This document shows positions 1 to 16,846 of a stretch of 64,000 nucleotides of DNA, in pieces (the stretch's first letter is position 1; every line of letters begins with the position of its first letter). Source of the DNA: the human T2T-CHM13v2.0 reference genome, Homo sapiens; assembly GCF_009914755.1 (NCBI RefSeq), contig NC_060937.1. The stretch is one strand, 5' to 3'. The notes under the pieces are model-generated. The model searched no databases, was not told where the DNA came from, and worked only from the letters and a program-made list of their open reading frames with translations. A program made the translations under genes and the position numbers.

Positions 1-70
1 GCCGTGATCACTCTAATGCACTGTGTGACAGAGCAAAACCCTGTCTCAAAAAAAAAAAAAAAAAAAAAAA
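1..70 (+). mobile_element. Alu 3' end and poly(A) tail (cut by the window edge)
   Basis: gtgacagagcaaaaccctgtctc followed by A(n). Confidence 0.85.
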
Positions 71-189
71 AGGCCCAAAACAAAACAAAGTACAGAAGGG
101 TCACAGCCATATATCTAGGCTGTATAATTGTTGTTAACTATGTGAGAAACTTCCTGAAGAGTTGTGTGGTGAGAATGTATGCCTTAGGG

Positions 190-415
190 CAGTACTACTC
201 ATAATGTGTCATGGGACCAGTGCTAGTCTGTGAATTGTCTGTTAGGAGATAAACACTGAAAATAAATGTCTAGAGACTTCTATAACAATTTGATAATACT
301 GTGACATTCGAATATGGAATCATTTTTCTAATTATCTTTATTTTACAAAATTATAGGACCATGATTTATAGGAGATTTTTTAAAAAGTGATCTTTTTTGA
401 TGTTTGAGAAGCACT
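190..415. mobile_element. hAT-Charlie-type DNA transposon relic (Charlie4/MER80-like)
   Basis: Terminal inverted repeats cagtactactca ... tgagaagcactg. Subfamily tentative. Confidence 0.55.
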
Positions 416-2214
416 GATTTTCTTTTATTTGTCACATTAGGAATGCCTAATTTTATAGAGAGAAAAAGTAACCATTATTTGAGGTTTGTTAAAAATAGGA
501 GTTAATATACAAGAGATTATTACATGAGTAAACCTTAATAGCAAGATAGATAAAATTAAATTTGACCACTGTTATGAAAAGAAGTAGTTTTGAGAGTCAC
601 TGAATCACAAATGTGATCTAGACAAGCATTAAAATTTCCAATGAGAAATTATTTGGGAACAAAATATCTTTACAACAGAGTTAGATATTGGAATACAGAT
701 ATTCATAAATGAAGTGATTCAGTGCTATGATATCTTGCTGATGATTCTTGCTAAGATAGAAGTGTTTATGTAGGGCAACCATGTATGATTGAGGCAAATC
801 CCAGGCAAAATGAGAAATCTTTCAAATTTGTGTCAGCTTGGCTTTCTCCTTTTATATCTTTCTGGGCTATTGCCCTTCTTCATCTTCTTTTTTTATTCAC
901 CTAGTCACATTTTTATTCAGCTTCCCCCTACTTCTTCCATTTCTTTGGTTTATACCCATCGTTTATATTTCTTTGGTTTACTTTAGTATGTTGTTTCAGT
1001 CAATATGCGGTTTTATGTGGATATTTGTATTATATTTTTAATACGGAGATAACAGATTTTCACTTCTGTAAATTTTTTTAAGTTTTAATAACAAGTTAAA
1101 TTCTTTGGGGTTAGGAGGCAAAGACTTTTGAAGTATCATGTTTATCTCTTCTGTTCTTGCTTTTAAAGCTTTTTGTTAGGACTAGGGAAGTGGGACCAAA
1201 GGGAGCTGGCTGGTTCGTCTGCTGATAGCTTATTTTTGAGGAGATGTGGTTGCTAGAGGTACAGTTCTGGATTATTCTGCTTGAGAGAAAAATTCACCAG
1301 CAGTACTTTTCTCCGCTTTCTTCTTTGTTTGAACCTAGCTTGGGTCTCCCTTTTGCACTGTTGTTTATCTTAAGAGCACCCATCTCTCTCTGTTACAAAA
1401 CTTACTGATGATAAATATTTTATGTTTTCTGATTAACTTGACATTTAAAAGTTTTCTTATAGCATTTTTATTCTAAAGTCTTCCTTTGAAAAATGATTTT
1501 TACATTATTTCTATTCTAGGCAAGCAAATATGGAATAACAAAGACTAGAGCATATTTACGGTAGAGTTCTTCTATGGAAAAAGATAAAGTAAATTTGGAG
1601 AAATTAATCTGAGTATAGCATAGACAATTTGGAATGTAAATCTTAATCCTTCTGATGGTTAAGCTAGGCCTTTTTTGCATATTGAATCAAGTATTGATGT
1701 CAGAAAAAATAAAGGAGAAAATGGAGAAGACATTGAAAAATAACTAAAATTTTAAAGGAGATTGTAATCTAAATTTAATCTGTAAAATGACTGTTTTTAG
1801 GTTCTTTATGTATGTTCTCAAAGAAATAATGTTTTACTTGGTATTTAGATTTCCAGTAAGCCACATCATTATCTTTTACCCATTGAGTATTGTTCACTAA
1901 TGTTTCTGGAAAATTGTGGCGAGAATTCCAAATTAATGCCCTCAGAACTATTATGCTCTGAAATCACTAAACATTCATTCACCTCCGCTTGTCAAGATGG
2001 AGGAGGGAATGTGTGCCATCTCAGCCTAAGCCAAGTTTAGGAGAGCTTTTAGGCTTAGAGATATGTTTTCCTTTGGAAACTGACACAGTTATTGGAGTCC
2101 AAGTTCGGGGTATGGGGAAGACACCCATGTGTGGTTCCTGTTTATAGCTTACTCAGAGCCTCTTGGAGAATTTTAATTTTTCAAAGAACAAACAGCAGGA
2201 ATGATAATAACACG

Positions 2215-2420
2215 GCAGTGTTGGATAGTGGTTAAGGCTTTAGGGTTTAGAGTTAGATGCGAGGCAGTCAGGATTGAATTAGTGTTGCTTCACTGATTAT
2301 CTTTGTGTCTTCAACTTAGTAAACCTTTTTGTTTCTTCATTTGCAAAATGAGAATGTGGTACCTAGTAAGTAAGGTTGTTTTCAGGACTAAATGGGACAT
2401 GTTGCCTGGCACAGAAGTGT
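2215..2420 (-). mobile_element. MIR fragment
   Basis: tagtggttaagg ... gtttcttcatttgcaaaatgagaat ... ggttgtt ... tgcctggcacag, MIR core-like. Confidence 0.55.
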
Positions 2421-3129
2421 TGACTATTATTGGTAGTAGGTAGTAAGTGGTGTTGGTCAAATTTTGAACTTTGCTTGGAAATTGTTAACTGTTGTTAATT
2501 AAGTATCCCTGGCTACTCACTCTGTATCAGGCTGTACTAAAATTGTCCTCTGGAAACGTGGTTCTGTAGCTGCTCTGAGGATGTCTACCTTTTCTTTGAG
2601 ATGTTCAGGCCTCCTCCTCCCCCAGTATTAATTTTTTGCCTTCTTCCTCACAGAAACTTCTTCCTGTTAGCTTCTCAAACATGTCCTCCAGATCATGTGA
2701 AAATCCATTGGGGGTTTCTTGCAACATAATTGCAGACAGATAGAAACTTGATTTTATTTATATGAATGATGATTTTCCGTATTTGTTCCAGATAATATGG
2801 TAAACCTAAATAATTATTTTATAAATTAAATGTTTTATATTTTATCATATCATTTAGTTACATCAACAGTTCTTTGGGAGAGATTATTTTTTCTGTTTTG
2901 GGAAATAGAAGTTTGAGAGATCAAGTAATTTGCATAGAATAATATAAATTACATAGGGCAATATGAGAAGGGTAAGTTGACTGAGTTTACTCTAGGGTGA
3001 AAAATAGGCCACTGGTAATATGGAGAGGAGGAGATAAAACATCGTTTAACCTTATGCCTGCTTCTTTTTCCACTTAAGTGATTTTTTTCAATGTAAATTT
3101 CTGTCAAAATGGTTTCTGGGGCAAGAATA

Positions 3130-3500
3130 GACAATTGAATTTTTTATAATTGACAGACAACTTTTCAGAAATGTAGCACAAATTATATTCCAACTAATAG
3201 GGGCTGGTTTTTCTACAGTCTTGAAAACACTGGGCTATAAAAATCTTTAATATTTTTGTAATTTCACAGGCAAAAAACTTCATTTAAATTTGATGGTGTT
3301 GTAGACTTCTCTTTTATGTTTATTGGTCATTAGTGTTATTTTATGTCCTTTTCTCATTTCCTATTGGGCTATTTTTTAAATTCATTGTAAGAGGTCTTTG
3401 TACATTAGAGATGTAAATCTCTTCTGTCACATGTTACAGTTTCCCTCCATTTTGTTATTGGTCTTGAATTTCACAAGTAATTTATGCTGTCAGTTTTGAA
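3130..3500 (-). mobile_element. Old L1M 3' fragment
   Basis: tgtttattggtcatt ... tgtccttttctcatttcctattggg ... tctttgtacattagagat, typical antisense L1M. Confidence 0.5.
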
Positions 3501-4854
3501 ATGTCATGCTTACTCTGTTTCTCTCATACTATGTTTAAAATAGCAAAATATTAAGCCAATTTTTGTTAAAATAACATGGAAATCTCTGCTCTAATGAGTT
3601 AGTAATTCGAATATAAAGGGCCGTCCTTGTTTTTATATAATTAATTTGAATACACTGTGATTTTTATTGTGAATGATCTCTAGTAATCAGTTTCCCTTAG
3701 TAAATGGCTATGTGTTCTCTCTTTTCTCTGCTTTTTAACTGGTAGGCTTGAATGTTCTTCCTGTTGGTTATCTCCAGTCTCAGTCTATTCTTTTCTTAAA
3801 ATATACAAGTAACATTAGATTGAAACTTGCTAAAAATATGGTAGTTCTTATAGAGAAAGACTTTGAGAGTTGACTTTTCTTTCCTGCTAAGTAAAGAGTA
3901 TTCGTGGTTGAGTTTCCAGGATTGGGTTGAGATAAAGATGTACTTTGGAAAGAACAGATTAAATTTTGTTTTAACAAGTGTGAGGTTCAACCATGTACTT
4001 CCTGTACTTTATTTTAATTGGCACTTTGTGTGCAGCGACCATTTGTTTTTGTTTAATCCAGAAAACTTCCTCCAAATTCATGATTGTAGGAGAATTTTGT
4101 TCTGTTGATTGATTTTTAAAAAGAGCTCTCATGAGTTTGTTTTGGAAGCCTTTTTTTTTAAAGGTGTGTGTGGTAGTATGGTGTTTGATGCTTTATCATA
4201 TTTAAACGTGAACTGAAATTTTTTTATGCCTTTTATATACAGTTTGTAATACTGTTGGCTGTACTCATCATCTAATTTTATAGCTTTGAAGATTTTGAGT
4301 TCTTATACACAGTAATGGTAGTTTAAGTAAAACCATGGTGCATTTATCTCTTGAACCTACAAACTAGTAGATCATTCTAAGGTTAGCTGGTTGGCTTCTT
4401 TACACTCTGGTCATTCTATTTGCGAAGTGTAGTAGCTGATATTTAGGGGCCTAGCATTATTGATAGCTCATCCCTATTTTCCTAGGAGGTAGGTATGGGG
4501 AATGAATTAGTAAAGGTGAACTTAAAATTCTCATCCACAAACATGCTAGCCTAAGCTCCAAATTAAATGTAACCAAAACCGTGTGGTTTTCCCCAACTCT
4601 GTTTTATTCCCAAGATTTGTTGTCCTTGTATTTTGAAAACGGGGAAGGAGAACTTTTAAATTCTAGTTATTTGAATGAAGTCTTTATCAGTTCTCATTGA
4701 TTCCATCCATGCTAATTAAATACAAAAATATTTCTTCATTTGGGTATATGTATTTTGTTATCTTAGGTTTAGCTAGAATGACATTAAGATTGTAATGTGT
4801 TAAGGAGTATTACAGAATGTGGAATTGATTTCTTTGAGTTGGATATGAGATGTT

Positions 4855-5060
4855 ATAGTTAAGAGTACAATTGTTGGAACCTGACCCTATGTTAATTTTG
4901 AGATAATAGGCAAGTTATTTTAACCTTCTCTCAGACTTACTTTTATCATCTGTAAAGTTGGTATAAAATAGGCGCTATGTCCCAGAATTATGTGAATTAA
5001 ATACATTAATGGATATAGTGTTTATAATGCCTTGTACTTGTCAAATGGTAGTTATTGTTA
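4855..5060 (-). mobile_element. MIR fragment
   Basis: tagttaagag ... ggcaagttattttaaccttctc ... catctgtaaa ... tgtgaattaaat. Confidence 0.55.
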
Positions 5061-5248
5061 TAGTCTCCTATTTATGATCTGCAATTTAAAAGTTTGTTTA
5101 TCTAATTATGTACAAGACGACTTTTCATTATTTACCATCTTTGTTTAAATTCAATTATAATAAAACTCATTTCTGAAAAAGTGTACACATACAAGTTAAA
5201 TAAAATGGAAACCTTTTGCTAAGAAGCCAGTAGACATTCTGGCAGCTA

Positions 5249-5363
5249 CATAGTGACAGCTACATGGGAGACTGAGGTGGGAGGTTTGAGTTCAGGGGTT
5301 TGAAGCTGCAATGAGCTGTGATCGGGCCACTGTGTTCCAGCCTGGACAACAGAACAAGACTGT
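5249..5363 (+). mobile_element. Tailless AluJ right-arm fragment
   Basis: gggagactgaggtgggagg ... ccagcctggacaacaga, with no poly(A). Confidence 0.8.
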
Positions 5364-5474
5364 TAATATAATGAATGCATTTGGTAAGGGACTGAAATTG
5401 ATAGAAAACTTTAATGATCATTACAATTGATAGATTATCATGGAAATAACTTTCTTGTTTAAAAAAATAAAACT

Positions 5475-5880
5475 GGCCTGGCATGGTGGCTCATGCCTGT
5501 ACTATCACCACTTTGGGAAGATGAGGCAAGAGGATTGCTTGAGACTAGCCTGGGCAACATGGTAAGACCCGTCTTTAAAAAGAAAAAGCCCTCGTGAGAT
5601 GACTCACACCTTTAATTCCAGCACTTTGGGAGGCTGAGGTGGGTGGATAACTCGAGTCCAGGAGTTTGAGACCAGCCTGGGCAACATGGCGAAACACTGT
5701 CTCTACAAAAAATACAAAAATGAGCTTGACTTGGTGGTGCACGCCTGTAGTCCCAGCTACTTGGGAGACTGAGGTGGGAGGATCACCTAAGCCCAGGAGG
5801 TTGAGGTTGCAGCGAGCCGTGTTTGCACCACTTCACTCCAGCCTGGGAAACAGAGCAAGAACCTGTCTCAAAAAAATACA
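5475..5880 (+). mobile_element. Alu monomer (FLAM-like) followed by a full AluJ
   Basis: ggcctggcatggtggctcatgcc to about 5585, then a dimeric Alu with taaaaatacaaaaa-type linker ending gtctcaaaaaaa. Confidence 0.85.
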
Positions 5881-6274
5881 ACAATTTTTTTCACTCAAAA
5901 TATTTTATTAACTTTGGCATGCTATTTTATTTCTTTATATCTGGTACGTATTGTGGTTCCAGTCTAAAGCACAAGGATATAAGAAGTTGCAGTTGGTGTT
6001 CCAGTTCTTTAGAAATTGAATGTGCCCTTGCATAGCAAGGTCTTCCAACTGATTTTATTTTTGGTAGCATAAAATCCCTTTGTAACACTGAGATTTTAAG
6101 AACATAAGTAAAGACTGCTTTGTAGACTTCCTTAAATTACTATGTAGATAATGTTTGTCCCCCTCAATGACCTGACTCATAGCAGAAGCTACAAATACGT
6201 GTATATGTGTTTATACATGTAAATTATGTTCTGCTGTGTTTGATATAATTTATTTTTCTCATTTTTTACGTATT

Positions 6275-6543
<269 letters not shown>

Positions 6544-6919
6544 TGATTTAAATGACACTTTAAAATGATCTATGTTTTATTAATCAGAACATCTTTACAA
6601 ACTTGAAAAATAGTAGTATACAAATGTGAAATATCTCTTTTCAGACACTGCTTAAACGAGTATATGAATTTATTTTCTTTTACAGCATCAACTCAGCAGC
6701 CTATCTCCTGACACTCCTAAGGGTCTTAGGTACATCAATTGAGAAATCTCTGGCCTAGGATTTATTATATATTTATTTCAAAATAAGCCTGCATTTTTTT
6801 TGCAACCTCCTCTGACTCCTAATGAGCTTCTTTCTGTTCATTAAATATCCTGATACTTTAGCATATCTGCAATTATAAGAATTAAATATCAAATTATACC
6901 ATTAATGATTAGTGGTTAA

Positions 6920-7162
6920 TCACTTGAGGCCAGGTGTTTGAGACCAGCCTAGGCAATATAGCAAGACCTGGTCTCCACAAAAAATTTTAAACAGTTAATG
7001 GAGCATGGTGGTGTGCACGCATAGTGCCAGCTATGTGGGAGACTGAGGTGGGAGGATCGTTTGAGCTCAGGGGTTTGAAGCTGCAATTAGCTATAGTTGG
7101 GCCACTGCACTGCAGCCTGGGCAACAGAAGACTGTCTAGAAAAAAAAAGAAAAAGAAAAAAA
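6920..7162 (+). mobile_element. 5'-truncated AluJ
   Basis: cacttgaggccagg ... cagcctgggcaacaga plus A tail. Confidence 0.85.
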
Positions 7163-7778
7163 TTACATTGTTTCAGAGTGTAAATAGTGAAATGATTACA
7201 CAGTGATTATGTTTTTGATGTTCAAAGGAGGTTTTTATAATTCACGGCATTGGAAACTTTTTGTCCTGAAGCAACAGTTTTCTCTAGTTTATTATTAATG
7301 AGTAGACCATGATATGTAATAACATGTGACTGATAATGTGAGGCATTTTGGAGATGGTGCTGTTTTGCAATTACCAAAAGAATTAAATGCTCTGAGAATT
7401 GGTCTGTTACTTAGTAGCTTTAACTACATTTTTTATACAAGTGCTGGTATTTATAGATTGTTCTTCTAGCTGCACTCTGAACTTTTTGGGAGAAGAGAAT
7501 AGATCTTCTTGATCATTTTATTTTTAAGAATGATAGAGAAGTTTATACTGAAATGTTGAGTAAATCAAGGAATGAAAAAATATACATGTGTGTCCTAAAA
7601 TTACCTTCTGTTCTTTCCTTTGACATAGTGAGTCTAGAGGCTTACCTCCCTTGTAATGAGAGTGGACTTCCCTTAGCCCTAAACCACTGGAACTGGCTTT
7701 TATGAAGTGGGGCAAAGGTTTTTGGAAAAGCTAGGGCTTTGAGGGCTACAAATAGTGATCTTAAAAGCTCTCAGTGTT

Positions 7779-8127
<349 letters not shown>

Positions 8128-8249
8128 CTACAAGGACTTGCGATGCTGAATTTTTAAACCCCTACCCCTTTTCATTTTGAGGAGTGACTCCAATTTCTGT
8201 TTGTATCACTAGTTATTTCTTCTCCAGATCTCTCTGACGTTATTGAGAA

Positions 8250-8420
8250 CTTTAGTACTCAAAGTGCGATCACCAGACCAGGAGCATCTGCAGTCTTGGG
8301 AGCGTCTTTAGAAACACAGATTCTTAGACCTCGCTCTAAGGCCTACCGAATCATAATCTTTTATTTTAGCAAGATCCCTGGAAGATTTCTGTGTTCACTA
8401 TTGTTTGAGAAGTGCTACTC
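8250..8420. mobile_element. MER5A-type hAT relic
   Basis: tactcaaagtg ... agaaacacagattct ... tttagcaagatccc ... tttgagaagtgct. Confidence 0.7.
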
Positions 8421-8489
8421 TAGAATATATTTTCAAACCTTTTCTTCTTGAAAACTTTTATTCAAGCCTTGAGCTTTTTTGTTTGTTTT

Positions 8490-9102
<613 letters not shown>

Positions 9103-9133
9103 TCTGCTGGATGTTTTACCACGGGAAAAGGGG

Positions 9134-9418
9134 TGTATTAGTCCATTTTGACACTGCTATAAAGAAATACCCGAGACTGGGTAATTTATAAAGGTAAGAG
9201 GTTTAATTGACTCACAGTTACACATGGCTGAGAGGCCTCAGGAAACTTAGAATCATGGTAAGTGATAAAACCATCAGATCTCGTGAGAATTCACTCACTA
9301 TCACGAGAATAGCACGGGGGAAACCACTCCCATGATTCAGTCACTCCCTTAACACATGGGCATTATTAATATAATTTGAGATGAGATTTGGGTGGGGACA
9401 CACAGCCAAACTATATCA
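9134..9418 (-). mobile_element. Solo THE1/MST (MaLR) LTR, internally deleted, perfect 5-bp TSD AGGGG
   Basis: TG...CA termini (tgtattagtccatttt ... gccaaactatatca). agggg at 9129-9133 and 9419-9423. Confidence 0.9.
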
Positions 9419-9914
9419 AGGGGATTGGGAATTTTGTTATACAATGTTAACTTACACGTGTGGAGCACAAAAGCTGGTTATCAATAGGATGTGGCATTTT
9501 CAAATGCTTTTATTTCATAATAACCAGCAAGATGGGACTGGTCAGGCTATCAAGAATAGAGGATCAATAAGGGAATTTACCTTTTTTGGGGGACCACTGT
9601 GTTCATAAGGTTGGTCTAGGTAAGGATTTCTAGAAGCTCGGAAGGGAAGAGGAGTTGGTGCTTTTGTTTGCTCTGAAGGAGGGGCTTGGATCTTAAAGAA
9701 CTGAAAAAACTTTAGTAAATAAATATTTCCCTTAAAATTGTGTTTGCCCTGTTTATTTTCTGATCTTCTCTTTAACCTCTTCCTTTCCCTTAGCACCTGC
9801 TTCCAGTTAATCACCAATAGTGGTTTTTAACCTACCAGATGTTGCCACAAGTAAGCTTTCACTAGTTCTCTATTTCTGTTATTATTGCCTCAAGTTCATA
9901 TCCTTCTTTCTCGA

Positions 9915-10130
9915 CTAGTGATTCGTAGCCAGGGCAGTTGTGTCTTTTTACCCCCAGAGAACATTTGGTAATATCTGGAGACATTTTTGGTTGTTACAAC
10001 TGGGTACTTGGTGCTTAGTGGTATTTAGTGGGAGGATAGAGATGCTGCTAAACATCCTACAATGCACAAGACAGCCCCCCACAAGAAAGAATTATCCAAA
10101 GTCAGTAGTACTGAAGTTGAGAAACCCTAA
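9915..10130. mobile_element. MER20 hAT relic
   Basis: acatttggtaatatctggagacatttttggttgttacaactggg ... gatgctgctaaacatcctacaatgcacaagacagcccc ... gttgagaaaccct. Confidence 0.85.
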
Positions 10131-11310
<1,180 letters not shown>

Positions 11311-11528
11311 TTAGTTGAAAGTACATTTTTTTCTTCAGGGATTAATTAGTAATTTGGAAATTAGCTTATAGATGAGATATTGTTATAATTTACATTCTAT
11401 GCAATAAAACTTTTCTATGTAATCTTTCGCCTCACCATCATGTTTTACATTGCTACCATCTCTTTTCAGATGTTATTTTGTATTTTGTCGCTTATAATGG
11501 TACCTTAAATAGTATTGATACCTTAGGG

Positions 11529-11724
11529 CAGGAGTGTCCAATTTTTTGGCTTCCTTGGGCCACATTGGAAGAATTGTCTTGGGTCACACATAAAATACAC
11601 CAACACTAATGATAGCTGATGAGCTTTAAAAAAATGGCAAAATAATCTCAATGTTTTAAGAAGTTTACGAATTCTTGTTGGGCCACATTCAGAGTCATCC
11701 TGGGCCTCTGGTTGGAGAAGCTTG
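11529..11724. mobile_element. MER30 hAT relic with degenerate 8-bp TSD
   Basis: caggagtgtccaat ... ggccacattggaagaattgtcttggg ... gttggagaagcttg, flanked by ccttaggg / ctttagga. Confidence 0.85.
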
Positions 11725-11959
11725 CTTTAGGATATTTTCATTTAGTTACACAGAGAAGATTTTACTTTTGGATTAGAGTTTAATCTCTGGCTATTTATTG
11801 AAAAAATTTAGGGTTTATAATGGCACATGTTTAGAGATCTCTTCTACCTATTGAGGAGAGGCTTTAGGCTAGTTAAGGGTTTTAGGGCATGGAGTGGAAG
11901 GAGAGGAATGATGAATTCCCTTTTTGAAATGAAGAAACGTAATTTAATGAGTGCAGTTA

Positions 11960-12774
<815 letters not shown>

Positions 12775-12897
12775 TTAAAATAATTTTCATGCATTCAGAT
12801 ATATGACCTGGAATTTAGGTGTCCATGTATAAATCATTTGACAACCTGAGATTTTGATTAAGTAAACGTTCTTTGATATGTTGAACTTTCCTGATAG

Positions 12898-13341
<444 letters not shown>

Positions 13342-13671
13342 TAATTAGGGTTATATTACTGTATGTCAGAGCCTTGTAGTTTTCTATTTGAACACAAAAA
13401 TGTACAATTTAATTCTTATACTCTTTCCAAGGAATTAAGTTACTAGAAATAACTTGCTTTAAAATTCTTTCACTTATAACGTGGTTCCATGGCATGAATC
13501 ACTAAGGGTACATACTTATTCTTATTCACAAAATTTCCCTCTATGGCTTTTCTAAAGTATGATAGCAAATAAAAAAAAATGTTCCCTATGCTATAGACAT
13601 AGAGAGTAACTAGATTGGTTCAAGATTGCATAAAGGTGGAGGTATGTTAGTCTCATAAAACTCTGTTCGTT

Positions 13672-13965
13672 AGGCTGATGTGGTGGCTCATGTCTGTAAT
13701 CCCAGCACTTTGGGAGGTGGTGGATGGCTTGAGTCCAGGAGTTCCAGACCAGCCTGGGTGACATAATGAAACCCCATCTCTACTAAAAATACAAAAATTA
13801 GCCTGGCGTGGTGGCACATGCCTGTAGTCCCAGCTACTTGGGAGGCTGAGGTGGGAGGGTCGTTTGAGCCCCTGAAGCAGAGGTTGCCACTGAGCTGTGA
13901 TTGTACCACTGCATTCCAGCCTGGGCGACAGAATGAGACACTGTCTCAAAAAGAAAAAAGAAACA
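13672..13965 (+). mobile_element. AluJ/S
   Basis: Full dimer with aaaactctgt flanking both sides. Confidence 0.9.
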
Positions 13966-13993
13966 AAACTCTGTCCACTGCCATAATTATTGA

Positions 13994-14702
<709 letters not shown>

Positions 14703-15728
14703 AGCATCTTTTTTTGAAGAAACTTAATTTTAACTCTTTGTTTCAGCAGTCTTATACCTCATGACAGAACAATGAGTAAACATATATTTTCTTATTTCAG
14801 AGTTTAAATTAATTACCTTCCTAAGCATGAATTAGTGTTTTCTGAAGGGAAAAAATACATACAAGTTTTCCTTAAGATGCAGTCTAGTGCAAATTTGCTG
14901 TAATTAAGAGAAGTGAGATAGTGGAAACAAGCACTAATTTTCATGAATAAAAGTCCTGCTAACCACTATTAAGATAGCTTATTAATTTTCTTATAATGTT
15001 AGGCAAATAATTTATGATTTTATTGAATAATTTATTCATTATCAATCTGTTCATATTATTGAGATTTAAAAGACCAATTTGTGTTACTGTTTTGTTGTTG
15101 TTTTTTAGTCTGAGGTTTTTTTTTTTCATTGAATACTTTAGGGTGAATGCCTATTTAAGATAGAGTGAGTTGTACTCAAGTCTAACGTGCATAGAATTAA
15201 AATTTTTTAAAAATCAATTTATTAGGAAACAACTGCGTTTTTAAAAGTGGGTTAGTTCTCAGTAGGAAATAAAGTAACAAGATGGTGAGCTGAAAAAGTT
15301 GTAGTTTGGCGAACTTTATAAAAAAGAAAAATCTGTATTCTGTGTCCTTGAAACCATTTCTTCATATTGCAGTGAGAATAGGTAAGTGACAGTAGAAAAA
15401 ATTTTGCAAAGCATTTTTCTTTGCTGATAAGTTAAATTTCTATTCATTAAGTAAAGTCGTATAAAATCAGATTAAATGTATTTTTCTAAAAACATCTGTT
15501 GCTTTATATAATATTCTTTAGCCCATTAGGAGTGTGGGTTATTTTGGAGGTGTGGGTTTGGTGCAGGGGTGGGAGGTGGTGGGTGGTGGTAAGGATATTA
15601 GAAGGAGTGTTTTAGAAACTTGTTTCCTATCCCACCGTTCCCAGTATCCTGTATATGTTAGTTATGTTAGTTTAGATTAGTGTGGGGGATGTTAGGAGTG
15701 GCCTGGTTTCTTTCCTTCTTTTTCCTAG

Positions 15729-15890
15729 CCAAGGAAGTATCGCCTGGGGATGCTGGAGGAGAGGCTAGTTCCGATGGGATCAAAGGCACGAAAAGCAAAG
15801 AACCCTATTGGCTGCCTTGCTGACAGGTGTAAATCAGGAGTACCCATCAATATGGTTTGGTGGAACAGAGTCACAGAAAACAATTTACAG
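15729..15890 (+). CDS. PAN3: PAN3 internal coding exon, 162 nt / 54 aa, symmetric phase 0-0 (cassette-type)
   Basis: Polypyrimidine acceptor tttctttccttctttttcctag| and donor CAG|gtaaaa. Open frame PRKYRLGMLEERLVPMGSKARKAKNPIGCLADRCKSGVPINMVWWNRVTENNLQ joins in frame to the PAM2 exon at 38776. Confidence 0.93.
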
Positions 15891-16109
15891 GTAAAAATAA
15901 TTTTTATTAGACATTTCTTGAAAGTGAATGTCTTGGCTGCTTTCTGTGTCTGTTTGGGGTGGTGGTTGTGAAAGGATTGGATGACTTAGCTGGTATACTT
16001 AGGTAATTAAAAAAATTTTTAATCAGAATAAAGTTAGTGACCCTTAACCAACTAAATGATTTTTTCTTGGTGGCTTTTTGAGCTTTTCCTCTTTGTAGAA
16101 TATTTTACT

Positions 16110-16411
16110 TTTGTTTGTTTGTTTTTTGTTTTTTCAGACAGAGTCTCACTCTGTCCCCCAGGCTGGAGTGCAGTGGCACCATCTTACCTCACTGTAACCT
16201 CCACCTCCCAGATTCAAGATACCATGCCTCAGCCTCTCAAGTAGCTGGGACTGCAGGTGCACACCACCATGCCTGGCTAATTTTTTGTATTTTTAGTAGA
16301 GATGGGGTCTCGCCATGTTGGCCAGGCTGGTCTCGAACTCCTACCTCAGGTGATCTCTGCCTTGGCCTCACAAAATGCTGGGATTGCAGGCATGAGCCAC
16401 CTCTCCTGGCC
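16110..16411 (-). mobile_element. AluS with TSD gaatattttact
   Basis: TSD at 16098 and 16412. Confidence 0.9.
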
Positions 16412-16534
16412 GAATATTTTACTATATTTAGTTAAATTTAGTTTTTCTGTTTTCAATTTTGTTAATACTTGAGTTCAATTATTTTTACTACCCAAGAGTT
16501 ATTCAGGATAGGACTACATTGAAGAGTCATATAA

Positions 16535-16846
16535 GGCCGGGCATGGTGGTGCACGCCTGTAATCCCAGCACTCTGGGAGGCCGAGGAAGGCGTATCACCT
16601 GAGGTCAGAAGTTTAAGACCAGCCTGGCCAACATGGTGAAACCCCGTCTCTACAAATATACAGAAAAGAAAAGAAAAATTTTAGCCAGGTGTGGTGGGGA
16701 GCACCTGCAATCCCAGCTACTCGAGAGGCTGAGGCAGAAGAATGGCTTGAACCTGGGAGGCGGAGGTTGCAGCAAGCCGAGACTGCACCACTGCACCCAC
16801 TCCAGCCTGGGCAACAGAGCGAGATTCTGTCTCAAAAAAAAAAAAA
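16535..16846 (+). mobile_element. AluS with TSD aagagtc(a/g)tataa
   Basis: Full dimer with TSD on both sides. Confidence 0.9.

Noticed and set aside
15750-15971. 73-aa ORF as a standalone gene
   Set aside because: It is the PAN3 exon read from an internal Met and running past the donor at 15890 into the intron.
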